A stretch of 64,000 bases of DNA from Macrostomum hystrix. Lineage: Eukaryota > Animalia > Platyhelminthes. The notes below the pieces were generated by a model. That model saw only the letters and a program-made list of their open reading frames with translations. It had not been told where the DNA came from and did not search any database. How positions within the stretch are numbered: position 1 is the stretch's first letter; the number at the start of each line of letters is the position of its first letter. A program made the translations under genes and the position numbers. Positions 12,001-23,274 of this stretch are shown one piece after another. Location: contig CATNEN010000037.1 of NCBI GenBank assembly GCA_950097015.1, positions 744,001 through 808,000 on the forward strand. Reading direction: 5' to 3'.

Positions 12001-13416
12001 TAACTCCATGCATCTAATTCTTTTATAGCAAATCTAACTTTCGATCTGGGTCGTTGTTTACTTTTTTCTCTATTTCGTTCTTGAATGGACAGGTCAGAAT
12101 ATTTATAAAATTACTTGTTCCTTTTATTTAATCGTTTTTAGGAATCACGATCGATCATGACATGCTTCTTTTAAGTATTGGTGTTTGGGTCAGTCATTTA
12201 CGCTTTCTTGGAATTAGAGTTGGGATCGGTCATTACAGGATTTCTAAGAATTAGGGTTGGAATCGGTCGTTATAGGCTTTCTAAGAATTGGGGTTGGAAC
12301 CGGTCGTTATAGGCTTTCTAAGAATTGGGGTTGGAATCGGTCATTACAGGCTTTCTAAGAATTGGGGTTGGAATCGGTCGTTACAGGCTTTCTAGGATTT
12401 GGGGTTGGAATCGGTCATTACAGGCTTTCTAGGAATTGGGGTTGGAATCTATCATTACAGGTTTTCTAAGAATTAGGGTTGGAATCGGTATTGCAGGCTT
12501 TCTAAGAATTGGGGTGGGAATCGGTCATTACAGGTTTTCTAAGAATTAGGGTTGGAATCGGTATTGCAGGCTTTCTAAGAATTGGGGTGGGAATCAGTCA
12601 TTACAGTCTTTCTAGGAATTGGGGTGGGAATCGGTCATTACAGGCTTTCTAAGAATTAGGGTTGGAATCGGTCGTTACAGGCTTTCTAAGAATTGGGGTT
12701 GGAATCGGTCATTGCAGGCTTTCTAAGAATTAGGGCTGGAATCGGTCATTGCAGGCTTTCTAAGAATTGGGGTTGGAATCGGTCATTGCAGGCTTTCTAA
12801 GAATTAGGGTTGGAATCGGTCATTGCAGGCTTTCTAAGAATTGGGGTTGGAATCGGTCATTGCAGGCTTTCTAAGAATTAGGGTTGGAATCGGTCATTAC
12901 AGGCTTTCTAAGAATTAGGGTTGGAATCGGTCGTTACAGGCTTTGTAAGAATTGGGGTTGGAATCGGTCATTGCAGGCTTTCTAAGAATTAGGGTTGGAA
13001 TCGGTCATTGCAATTTTTGAGGAATTGAGATCGATCGTTTCGGAATTAACTGTTTGTCTGGGAAGTTGATGATTTTCGAGATTTATTATTTCGAAATTAA
13101 TCGAATCACCATGTTTTTAGTTTTGATTTTTAAAGCGTGTCATTAGTACATTTCCAGGTCGCATTTCATTAAGAAATAATTTCATGCCAGAAAGTTATTA
13201 TGTAAGCTATTTTTAAACCAAAGTGCATGTTGTTATATTATGATAATAAAGAAATCAATACGTTAATTTCACATCGCCGCATTCGCAGGCAATCCAATGC
13301 TGATGCTCACGAATGCGCCGCACGCCATGATGCCGCCTGGTGTGGCCGGCTTGCCCTACCAGCCGCAGCCGCCACACGCTGCCGGCTATTATCCGGGCAT
13401 GCCGCAGCAGTTTTGA
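1..13416 (+). CDS. CLTC: Clathrin heavy chain, 5'-truncated by the window; exons 1-166, 1094-1608, 3459-3977, 4868-5245, 5765-6265, 7818-8147, 8247-8762, 9479-9985, 10724-11363, 13289-13416
   Basis: All junctions are GT-AG and phase-compatible. The spliced protein has clathrin HC motifs ([69 protein letters not shown]) and ends with the Pro/Gln/Tyr tail NPMLMLT...[10 protein letters not shown]. Confidence 0.97.
614..938 (+). mobile_element. tRNA-derived SINE, family A copy 1 (CLTC intron 1), with an internal deletion
   Basis: A-box TGGCAGAGCGG at 617-627, B-box-like CTCGATTCC near 656-664, body shared with the copies at 29.2k, 51.2k and 57k, and a (TTA)n tail. Confidence 0.85.
1865..3300. 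repeat. 20-bp minisatellite (TCTAATCTGTTTCATTCTAC), CLTC intron 2
   Basis: Directly visible tandem array with variant units. Confidence 0.97.
4513..4590. repeat. 16-bp tandem repeat (AAATGTCACAATCCCC), about 5 copies
   Basis: Directly visible. Confidence 0.9.
5318..5600. repeat. Degenerate ~27-bp repeat (GCTTAGGGATTCCCTCAGGATTTGTA)
   Basis: Directly visible, in CLTC intron 4. Confidence 0.85.
6357..7780. repeat. 16-bp minisatellite (CCCTGAATTCTACAGT), degenerating after ~7430
   Basis: Directly visible, in CLTC intron 5. Confidence 0.97.
8860..9230. repeat. 48-bp minisatellite (GGGATTCTAGAAACCGAAATTTAGGGAAAACCCCTAATCAGGTTCTAG)
   Basis: Directly visible; it produces the spurious 16-aa repeat ORF at 8992. 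Confidence 0.95.
10018..10595 (+). mobile_element. Unclassified ~580-bp dispersed repeat, family B copy 1 (CLTC intron 8)
   Basis: Its reverse complement aligns along its length with ~56105-56620. No clear TIRs or ORF. Strand is given relative to the host transcript. Confidence 0.75.
11405..11620. repeat. 33-bp tandem repeat (TGATTTTGAGTCCACTTCTATCATCTAGTGCTG)
   Basis: Directly visible. Confidence 0.93.
11865..12028 (+). CDS. Putative alternative terminal exon of clathrin heavy chain
   Basis: Long pyrimidine tract plus AAG acceptor. The phase-1 join to exon end 11363 gives [21 protein letters not shown]...*. Confidence 0.4.
12200..13015. repeat. 37-bp minisatellite (GGAATCGGTCATTACAGGCTTTCTAAGAATTGGGGTT)
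   Basis: Directly visible, in the last CLTC intron. Confidence 0.96.
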
Positions 13417-14089
13417 GGGAAACTATTAATTAAATAACAGATAGTGGCATCGCTGACTACTGTCTACCGACTATACATTGAATACTACTAGCAGTAGCGA
13501 GATTAGTGAACGATTCTCCATTTTTTTCTTCTTCACTGTCGTATTGTTTTAATTGTTAAAAAACATAATAAAAATAGTAAATTTAGATTTTATTGTTGCT
13601 ATAGAAACGGAATCTCGTGATAAATTTATAATTCATAAAAGAACGGAAGAACATGGGGATAAATTATAATACTTAAAAATACTGAAGTTCTACTGAAGCA
13701 ACTGTCTGTGAATGATTCACTCGCACATTCATAACTTTCTATTTGCTTACTTCTTATTTTTTTGTTCTCTTTTTCTAAATCCCACGAGCCGTAATCCAGT
13801 GAACTCAGTATCTTAGTATTGTTAGCTAAATTATTGAAAGGAACGAAAAAATCGTAGAAAATTATTGTGTTCGATCTTCTTATTATAAGATGACATCTTT
13901 CACAACAGTTTTCTTTCCATTGTTTGATTATGCACGCTGTAACTGAAGCCTTTTGTTCTTGATGTACTCTTGAGACTGTACTTTGACGAAACTAAAAAGA
14001 AGCAAGAAAGCTGAAACAAAAGTTCCATTTTTCTCTGTCTCCGTTTTCTACATACGCCACCATAACTTGTCTTTTTTATTAGCAGTACC

Positions 14090-14090
<1 letters not shown>

Positions 14091-14122
<32 letters not shown>
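14091..14122. repeat. (AAT)n microsatellite
   Basis: Directly visible. Confidence 0.95.
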
Positions 14123-14125
<3 letters not shown>

Positions 14126-17100
14126 TAGTTTTATAATAGCTAGCATTGCAGTTGCAATACTGTGCTTTGGTTACCTGTCCCAATATAAACTGGTATTTAT
14201 GAATCTAAAAGTCTGTTTACATTTTGTTTCACTAAAATTACATATTTCAGCTGCCTGCACTGTTGATCTCAAAGTTGACTCATTTATTCTGCACTAATTG
14301 TTTTTCTATCCACTTCCCCCCCTCACTGGTGTTGTCGATCTTCTGCCTTTTTTGTTCTCTTCAAATTACAGCAGAATAAAATTTGTTTGATTTGTTATAG
14401 TCGACTTACAAAATATTGGTTAGATTTTGATTTCAAACTTCAATTACAAATCCTTGAATCCTTCAGATTTATAATTTTTGAATGAATAGTTTCTGTGCCA
14501 GCCCCATCTTTGTTCTCATTTTTTATTCACAATGCTTTCCGTTTGGACTTTTGTTTCCGTTTCCTGTTCTTAGCAATTGTTGTCACCGAGCGTCCTCCAG
14601 CTACACCCCCGTTCACCCAGTGTTGTTGGCTTGCTCTTAGTTTAATCAACTCTTTAACTTTAATATCTGTCGTAGCTTTATTTATATACACAATAACTAG
14701 GCATATATAACAGCTGGTGTTTTTTAATTGCTTTTTTGTTAATTTTTTCTTTAACTCTGAAACGTTGTTTTTGCTGGTTTTCTGTTGGACGATGATCGCC
14801 TTGTTATTTGATTCTAGAATAACTAATAATAGTCCCTTCTCGGTACACTATATTAGCGAACTATAACCGATGTCTTATTCTACGAGTATGTTCCATTGGA
14901 TTTTTATTCAGACTATTCGTCTCTAGAACACAATGCCCTCTGTTTTCGTGCATCTCCTAAAACTAGTTAAACATTAGTTATACAATAAAAATCAATTATT
15001 TCGTGAGTGTTATTTCCTTAATTGTTTTTGTCCTCGTATTGTTTATTTTAGGTGGTTTGCTTCACCCTTAAAAGAATTTTGTTTAATTGTCAGTTAACTG
15101 TTTTAGACATGTCGTATCGCTTGGCTGAAATAAAAAAACACCTGACTGATCCTTAAATACCTGGATTATTATTCTTATTATGTCGTCTATAATACTATTG
15201 TCACTACTTCTGACTCTTACTAAGTTTTTTTTAATACCGAGCAGCATATCTGGTCAACTCGAACTGCATGAGACAACAAGGCTATGTTATGTCCCGAGAA
15301 CCACTTAGAAGGAGTAGTCTCGTTCTAGTGGTCCTTAATTCCTTCATGTAAATCATGTTTACATATCATGCCATGCTTTTGATCCCCAAATCATAAAATG
15401 TCCAGCACTGGAGCTATATCATTTGAAATGACGAATAGCTTGGGGTTGTATGGCAAAGACAAGTATTACGAAAAATTGTAGATTATAATGTTCTATGAAA
15501 CGAATTCATTTTTATGTCATTTTATTTTGCCTATAAAATACAAATGTTATGCTTACATTGTTTGATTAAACTCATAAAAGCGCAGCTTTTTGAAATTCGA
15601 AATTGCAACTCTTAATTTCTCGTCCTAATATAATAATTTATAATAAAAATATAAATATAAAATATAATATAATATAGTTAAATAAAAATCGCCGAGCAAC
15701 TGCGAACAGCACTCATCTTATCTACGCCTCGAAAGCTTAATCTAGTTATTCTATAATTACCTACCTTATATCTATTTGTAAAAAATAATCTCTTACAATA
15801 AATACTATCAGTTATATTTAATTTTGCATTGAGGGTCTGAGTGACAGTAGTTTAATATGTATAACATATATTTTATCTGCCTAACCAAGCAACCTTCTAG
15901 TTTACTGTGTTCAGTTATTTTAATGTCTTTTTAAACTTTTCAGTCTATATGAGTTACAATTACAAGGATATGGCAGGATATATTACAAGTTGGTTAAGAA
16001 CATTTCCTAGAAAAAATCCTTGCAAACAGGCGCCAGATGGCCAGAGGTACTCTGTACTCATTGATATGGCTCTCAAACAAGGTATCAGGGGTGCCGTGCA
16101 TTGCATTGCACTTTATGTTGCCTTGATTGCACAAAATGAAGGCTGCTGTATTCAGGGAAAATGCTATGGCTAGGCCTACTGGGCACTCTGTGCCTTATAG
16201 GGGCCTAGCCAAGACACATTGTAAAGATTTGCAGAGGAAAGCGTGGAACTAGTTAACATGCTTTCATCAAGTTTCTGAAACCTTTTTTGTACCGTAACAA
16301 GTCAGTAGTATCATTTGCGCATGTGTATCATATCATATTTCAAGCGCATGTGCAATACAAATGTCAGCATGATTTCTCATGCGATTGTTAGCAATGTTAC
16401 ATATTATTTGAAATTAACAATTCTTTGAAATTTAATGTGTGCATTGCTTGTAATTAAAAGAGACCCTACTACAGGTAATGCATGCATGTTCTAAAAACAT
16501 GGCCAGTTGTATTTAGTACATGGATGAAAATTGCTAGGCCTACACAGTTTGTGTAAAATATGTGCTTTAAGTTCTTAAAGTTATCGGCCAAACAAGCTGC
16601 CGTGTGGATTAGGCAGAGAATTATCAGCATGGTGGATAAAATTGAAATTAATGGCACGGAATATATAACTAGAGTTGTAGACCTATTCATACAAACTGCA
16701 GTGTGGATAAGCAGAAAATTATGGGCACGGATCCATGTGGATAAAATTGAAATTATTGGCACAGGGCCATGGGAATAAGCTCTGCCTATGTATATAGCTA
16801 CGTATTTCACTGTTGTTATTTATTGCTATTTGGCCTATTTGTAAAGAAATGCTCTTGTTTACTCATTATTTAAGAATAGTAGTTTAATATGATTCCATAT
16901 AGTAGTAGGCCTAGTTATATTATAGGCTTTATATTGTAAACCACTAGCTACTGTAAGTATATATAGCCATTACATATTGAAACAGACTGAAATGAATTTT
17001 TTTTCAATAGAGCTTGCACTTTGTGCCCTTGGCTAGGTGTTCTAAGTATGGTTGTATTTATAATTAGGCCTTCAGCTAATTGTTAGCAAAAATTCACAAG

Positions 17101-17796
17101 AATTAGTGGTCTTGGTAAATTAAGTTTATGTTGGTTAAATACACATCAGTAATATATGTTGTATATTTAAGATTAATATAGTGCTAGGAATATAAACAAA
17201 CCTATTGGAATTTTTGCACAAAGTTAATGGACATGCCCCAGGGAATTGTAAATTTCTGGCACAAAAGAGTGATGCGCCAAGATAATGACAGCTTTGGCCT
17301 ATGCAACCCTGTAGAAAAAAACTAAATTGGGGTGCTATGCTGTACTGTGCCAAGCCATGCCAACCTGCTATGTAGCCATAGCTACATTTTTGCTTATTTC
17401 ATTTTTAAAGTTGCATACATAGCTAGAATCTGTAAACTCTGAAGTAATTCGTTTTTTACACTCACCAAAAGATAATAGAAATCAGTTCTTCTATAAAAAT
17501 ATATATGCAAATTTGAGCTTATATGTTACCATGAAATAAAATGTATTTTATGTATATAATATTAGTTATCATTGTCTTTTAGCAGAAACATTTTTTGCTC
17601 TTCTCTACTTTAGGTGACTAAATTAATGCAACTAATCTAAAGTTTAATGAAACTAGTTTAGCCAGCTACAAACAAACTTAGGCCCTTCTCACACCTGGAT
17701 TCCAATTAGCTAGGTAAATTTGAGTATAAACTCTATCATGGTTATCCACCTCACTGCAGCTGAGCAGTTGGCTCTAAGCCAAGTCGTCAAAAGGAA

Positions 17797-17994
17797 ATGA
17801 CGCGTGGCAACCAGCGCGATCTAGCCCGTGCCAAGAATGCCAAAAAGCAGGTGGAGCAGGGCAAGAAGAAGGCCGCCAATGAGAAGGACGGCAACAAGGG
17901 CCTGTCGCTGGAGGAGCGCCGTCAGCGCGACGCGGAGATTCTGCGCCAGAAGCAGCAGCGCGCCGCTGAGAAGGCTGCCGAGGAGAAGAAATGA
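17797..17994 (+). CDS. SERF: Small EDRK-rich factor (SERF/4F5 family), intronless
   Basis: The N-terminus MTRGNQRDLARAKNAKK and ERRQRDAEILRQKQ match the family. GC-rich island in AT-rich DNA, with AATAAA at ~18030. Confidence 0.93.
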   Translation: MTRGNQRDLARAKNAKKQVEQGKKKAANEKDGNKGLSLEERRQRDAEILRQKQQRAAEKAAEEKK

Positions 17995-19099
17995 GTTCCA
18001 TTCAACATCTGTGCACCTGTTCTGCTAAAAATAAAGCTAATCGTTAATATAAAGCGATTCTCTATATAGAAAATCAATCGTTTCATTCTAAATTCTTGGG
18101 CTAAACTATTTTCAACTAAATTCCTAACTCCCTTCTACCTTTAATTGTCTCTCCCTCTCCATAACTCTTTATTATATGGCTTCTATTTAGAGAATCGCTG
18201 TATTTTAAAGCACCTTCAATGTTATCCATCTAATAATACACCCTTGAAAAGTTTATTTAAAGTTTATAACATAGGAATCATTGCTCATATCGTGTAAATT
18301 TTAGCTCCCCCTTAATAATTGATGTCTGTCATTTGTTTAGCCAATGAAAATATTGATTGCGTACATAACAGTTATGTACACGGAAATGCTAAATTAATCG
18401 ACTTTTTCATTGGCACAATTCATCAGTGACTTACTCCGACCCAACTCTTCTGTTAAACCCCAATAATTTGTAAACGCTTTGATAATCAGCACGATCGAAA
18501 GTTATATTATAGCCAAGGACACACGCCACCACCTGTTCATTTACTGTAGTGCGCTGCCTTATTTCAGTTGTACGTCATCCCTTAACTATCTATTTTCTGC
18601 GTCTTCAAATTCGCCTATTTAATAATAAGTAACCAACACTGATGTTTTACTATACTTGCTACTTGTAGTAGGATATTCTTTGTATCATTGGAAAAGGTTT
18701 GTTATAACTGTAGGCGTGTATTCACGGTTCTATCTAAATTTCTTAATTTATAAGACTGCCTTGTTGTCATGGCAACATAACTGTTTGCTTAAAAATATCT
18801 GTCTCCTGGTATCTGTCTCAAAGTGGCTATTTCGTTCGCTTAAAATATACACTTGGTGTGTCCGACAGTTTATTAGCTCGTCAGTAACAATTATTTTACA
18901 AATTAACTAGCACATGCTCAGCTGTGCCTCAGCTTGAGTCTCTTCTAAATCTCTTGTGATAGTTGCTTCGGGTAGAAAACTTTACTGTGGTCGTAAATCA
19001 ATTTCATCCAACAATTTTAGGGTCTTTCTACCCAATCCTAGTCTTTATTTAGGTCAAATGACGCCTGTCATTTAGTCTGTTGTATCATACTATATTCAT

Positions 19100-19410
19100 T
19101 AAGTCGGTCATAACAGACTACAGTCATTAAATTGGTCATAACAGCTCCAGTCATGAGTTCAGTCATAACAGACTTCAGTTGTTGGGTCGGTCATAACATA
19201 CTCCAGTCATTAGTTTAATTATGACAGACTTCAGGTTGGTCATAACATACTCCAATTATTAGTTTAGTCATAACGGACTCAAGTCATTTGATTGGTCATT
19301 GCGGACTCGTCATTAGTTTGGTTATAACTGTCATTATGTCAGTCACAACAGACTCCAGTCATGAGTTTAGTCATAACAGACTCCTGTCATTGATTCGGTC
19401 ATAACAAATT
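19100..19410. repeat. Degenerate ~28-bp repeat (AGTCATAACAGACTCCAGTCATGAGTT)
   Basis: Recurrent GTCATAACAGAC motif. Confidence 0.75.
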
Positions 19411-19621
19411 TGCGGTAGGTCATCATTTGATTTAGGCAGGTCAAATCAGGCTGCAATATTATGACCAAACTAATTTAGCAGTTTGTCTGTGGCTTTTGCT
19501 GACTTTTACTTTGCAAAGTACTCGGTTTTGTGCAGTAAATTAGCATGAATTCTCTATAGTTTGTAAAACGCTAAATTAGATCTCGCGTCGCTGCTTCTGT
19601 ACTCTATGAGAGCACCATTGC

Positions 19622-19650
19622 AACCATTGGCCTAATCCGATTGGCCAATA
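19622..19650 (+). promoter_or_regulatory. Clustered CCAAT/ATTGG boxes ~100 bp upstream of the 19743 ORF
   Basis: Sequence CCATTGGCCTAATCCGATTGGCCAAT; a promoter role is inferred. Confidence 0.35.
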
Positions 19651-19742
19651 GCATTTTGGTAGATTCTATTCAGATTAGTGATAAGAAAAATCAAAGGCTC
19701 CTATGTTGAACTATGTTGAACAAGACCTAAACTCAGCGGGCC

Positions 19743-20189
19743 ATGACTTCAAACGGCTTCCATGCCCGACGTCGTAGGCAGCGTCGCTGCTGTCGAATCG
19801 CCCTCTGGCTGGAGCTAATGATCGGAGTGATCATGACCATTCTAGGCCTGTTCATTCTGCTCCTGAGCGCCGAGTCTCTGCGCGCCGGCGACTATCCGGC
19901 CGTGTACTTTTGCTCGCTGTACATCGTGCTGGGCGTGGGCCTCCTGCTAGTCTATTATGTGCACTATTACGGACTGAAGTGCTGGCTAAAGCGACAGGTG
20001 CAGCGCTTGGACTCGAGCATCCGGTCTGATCGGGACGCCCTGGCTGCGCTGGCTAGGCGCAGCCTGCAGTTCAGCGGCATCGCCGGTCCGCTGCGGATTC
20101 ACCGGCTGCAGCAGCAGCGTTTTTACCCGCCTCCTATTGAGCCTAGTGAAAAAACTGTAGTTTGGGAGCTCAGGCAGTCGCTTGTGTGA
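19743..20189 (+). CDS. Hypothetical 148-aa membrane protein with two predicted TM helices
   Basis: GC-rich, coding-like ORF. A basic N-terminus is followed by two hydrophobic stretches (IALWLELMIGVIMTILGLFILLL; YFCSLYIVLGVGLLLVYYVHYYGL). Family not recognised. Confidence 0.6.
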   Translation: MTSNGFHARRRRQRRCCRIALWLELMIGVIMTILGLFILLLSAESLRAGDYPAVYFCSLYIVLGVGLLLVYYVHYYGLKCWLKRQVQRLDSSIRSDRDALAALARRSLQFSGIAGPLRIHRLQQQRFYPPPIEPSEKTVVWELRQSLV

Positions 20190-20199
20190 CTCACCTTGC

Positions 20200-21060
20200 T
20201 CATTTCGACCTCGCTCATCTTCTCTCTGTGTCTCTTTCCTCGCTTCTTCTTTCTTTCTCCCCCTTCTGTCTTCTTTCCCCCCCTTCTGTCTTCTTTCCTC
20301 TCCTTCTGTCTTCTTTCTTCCCCTTTCTGTCTTCTTTCTCCTCCTTGTCTCATTTCTCCCCCTTCTGTCTTCTTTCCTCTCCTTCTGTCTTCTTTCTTCC
20401 CCTTTCTGTCTTCTTTCTCCTCCTTCTGTCTTCTTTCTCCTCCTGTCTTCTTTCTCCTCCTTGTCTCATTTCTCCCCCTTCTGTCTTCTTTTTCCCCCTT
20501 CTGTCTTCTTTCTCCCCCTTCTGTCTTCTTTCTCCCCCTTTTGTCTTCTTTCCCCCCTTCTGTCTTCTTTCTTCCCCTTCTGTCTTCTTTCTTCCCCTTT
20601 CTGTCTTCTTTCTCCTCCTTCTGTCTTCTTTCTCCTCCTGTCTTCTTTCTCCTCCTGTCTTCTTTCTCCTCCTGTCTTCTTTCTCCTCCTTGTCTCATTT
20701 CTCCCCCTTCTGTCTTCTTTTTCCCCCTTCTGTCTTCTTTCTCCCCCTTTTGTCTTCTTCCCCCCCTTCTGTCTTCTTTCTTCCCCTTCTGTCTTCTTTC
20801 TTCCCCCTTCTGTCTTCTTTCTTCCGCTTCTGTCTTCTTTCTTCCCCTTCTGTCTTCTTTCTCCCCCTTCTGTCTTCTTTATCCCCCTTCTGTCTTCTTT
20901 CTTCCGCTTCTGTCTTCTTTCTCCCCTTCTGTCATATTTCTCCCCCTTCCTTCTTTTTCTCCCCTCTGTCTACTTTCTCTCGTTCTATCTTCTATCTCCC
21001 CTGTCTGTCTTCCTCTTCTGTATTCTTTCTCCCCCGTCCGTTCTCTATCTCCCCTCTCTA
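20200..21060. repeat. CT-rich minisatellite (TTCTGTCTTCTTTCTCCCCC-like)
   Basis: Directly visible low-complexity array. Confidence 0.95.
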
Positions 21061-21534
21061 GTCCTGTCTCTCTCAGCTTTTCCCCAATGTCTACCTCTGT
21101 CCCTGCTATTTTTATATTTTATTGTTAAGTCTGCCTATAAGGACTGATTGAAAACATTTCTTATCTCTACTGTTCTGTTTCACTCTTCACAGATTTTAGC
21201 GTTATTATAGTTTATTCTGTTATTTTGAATTCAGTTGTCCATAAGTTTTACTTGTTAATAATAATTAATCTTAAGAGTACACAAAGAACGCGTTTTTTGC
21301 TTGTTTCTTTGTCAAATTTCGGCGTCATTTGTCACTTTTCCAGTTCCACCCATTTACCTATTTCGATTGCTTGAAATTGGTTGTCGCAGTCAAATTAACT
21401 GATGAAATGACACACTGCCCAGTTGGGCCAGATATACAGCCAGTGGCGCAGCCGCAGATATTGCTCGGCGCTTCCAAAGGCTGTGTTCAGCTGTTCAGTC
21501 CATGGACATCGGGAGGGGTCCGCGACACACACAA

Positions 21535-22020
21535 AAAAATTCCTACCTTAAGTTAATGCCGGTACCCATTTTACAGCCGGTTGGATTGAAGAACTAGGGA
21601 GTTCATTGTAAACTGCTCGAACTCCGGACCTCCCCTGAGGTTCGAACTCCCGACCTCCACTAAGGTTCAAACTCCCGACCTCCCCTGAGGTTCGAACTCC
21701 CGACCTCCACCGAAGTTCGAACTCCCGACCTCCCCTGAGGTTCGAACCGGCAACCTCCCTGAGGTTCGAACTCCCGACCTCCGCTGAGGTTCGAACTCCC
21801 GACCTCCCCTGAGGTTCGAACTGGCAACCTCCCTGAGGTTCGAAACTCCCGACCTCCGCTGAGGTTCGAACTCCTGACCTCCACCGAGGTTGGAAATCTC
21901 GACCTCCACCGAGGTTCGAACTCCTGACCTCCACTGAGGTTCGAACTCCCGACCTTCCTAAGGTTCGAACTCCCGACCTCTCGTTTAAATCTTCAAAGCT
22001 CTAATCACTGGGTTACATGT
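21535..22020 (-). mobile_element. tRNA-derived SINE (family C) with a tandemly amplified B-box arm and a CORE/Meta-like motif
   Basis: Minus strand: A-box-like GTAACCCAGTGATTAGAGC, ~15 copies of GGAGGTCGGGAGTTCGAACCTC, then CTGTAAAATGGGTACC (21561-21576) and a T-run at ~21534-21540. Confidence 0.65.
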
Positions 22021-22779
22021 TCCCCAGTTAGTAGACAACCTCATCGCCACACACCAATAGCAGTCCGATCGACTTCGAAAAGTGGAATTTTTATCCGATT
22101 GTTTAGAAGCTGTTGACCTTAACTAAGTCTAGCTGATCTACCAGCGACCTACCACATTCTGTGTGTTTTCCTAAAATTTCCTGCAATTTCTTGTTGAAGT
22201 TAACTTCCCGTAACAAATAAATCCTTGGTTTAATTATCAACAAAATGTTTTTATATTTTCTCTCTTGTACTTCTCAGAAAGTGGTCCTAGAAACAGCTTA
22301 AAAAATTGAGCAGTTCTCTTTTGAATAATTCATATATCACTAGTACTCGAGGGAGTCATTGGACAACTCAAGCTCAACGACAAATGCATGACTGACCCTT
22401 TTATAATAGAATGCATGAATATGAAACGACCGGTCCATGAGTATTAAGCTGCAAAAGCAATTTTCGTGATTGATTGATTTTCTGACTATTCCAAAATGTA
22501 CTTCAATATGCTGCTTATAACGAGTCCAATAAGATTTCACTTTTCTGCACTTTCTCACGACTAGCTTTGACTTCATTTTCTGCACCAGAAGCTTCACTAA
22601 AGTCAAAATTCCACTTGTGCTCGTTCATTGATTGAGTAGTCCTGGCTTTTAGGACTGGAAAGTTTCAATGTCTTTAAATTATTTAGAATTATTTAATTAT
22701 TAGAATTAATTTAGAATAATAATTTAGAATTATTAGTCAGAATTATTTAGTCCGTTGAATATACGGACTAAAAGTTTAG

Positions 22780-23160
22780 TCCGCTACTTCTCAGAATCAA
22801 TCAGTCCGTTAAATCTAATGTTAGTTTAGTCCGCCAATTCTCAGGATCATTTAGTCCGTTAAATCTTTAACTAACTCTTTAACTTGTCCGTTATTTCTTT
22901 AACTAGTTTAGTCCGCTAATTTTCAGAATCATTTAGTTCGTTAATTCTTAGATCAGTTTAGTCCGCTAATTTTCAGAATCATTTGCTCCGTTAATTCTCA
23001 GAACCACATGCTCCGTTAATTCGCAGAACCATTTGCTCCGTTAGTTCTCAGAATCATTTGCTCCGTTAATTCTCAGAATTATTTATTCCGTTAATTCTTA
23101 GATCAGTTTAGTCCGTTAATTCTCAGTATTGTTGTCCGCTTTTCTCATATTAGTTTAGTC
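22780..23160. repeat. Degenerate ~25-bp repeat (TTAGTCCGTTAATTCTCAGAATCAT)
   Basis: Directly visible. Confidence 0.8.
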
Positions 23161-23274
23161 CAGTGTTATAATAATGTACAGCTCAGTGTTAACTATAATA
23201 ACAATAAATGTACTTCTACAGTCCAGGCTTCGACTGCAAATCGAACGAAATCAACTCAGAATTCCAGGGCCACT

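Noticed and set aside
20123-21147. Long low-complexity ORFs (also 28636-29208, 34226-34759, 36324-40232, 58682-61312)
   Set aside because: They are translations of minisatellites that lack stop codons in those frames.
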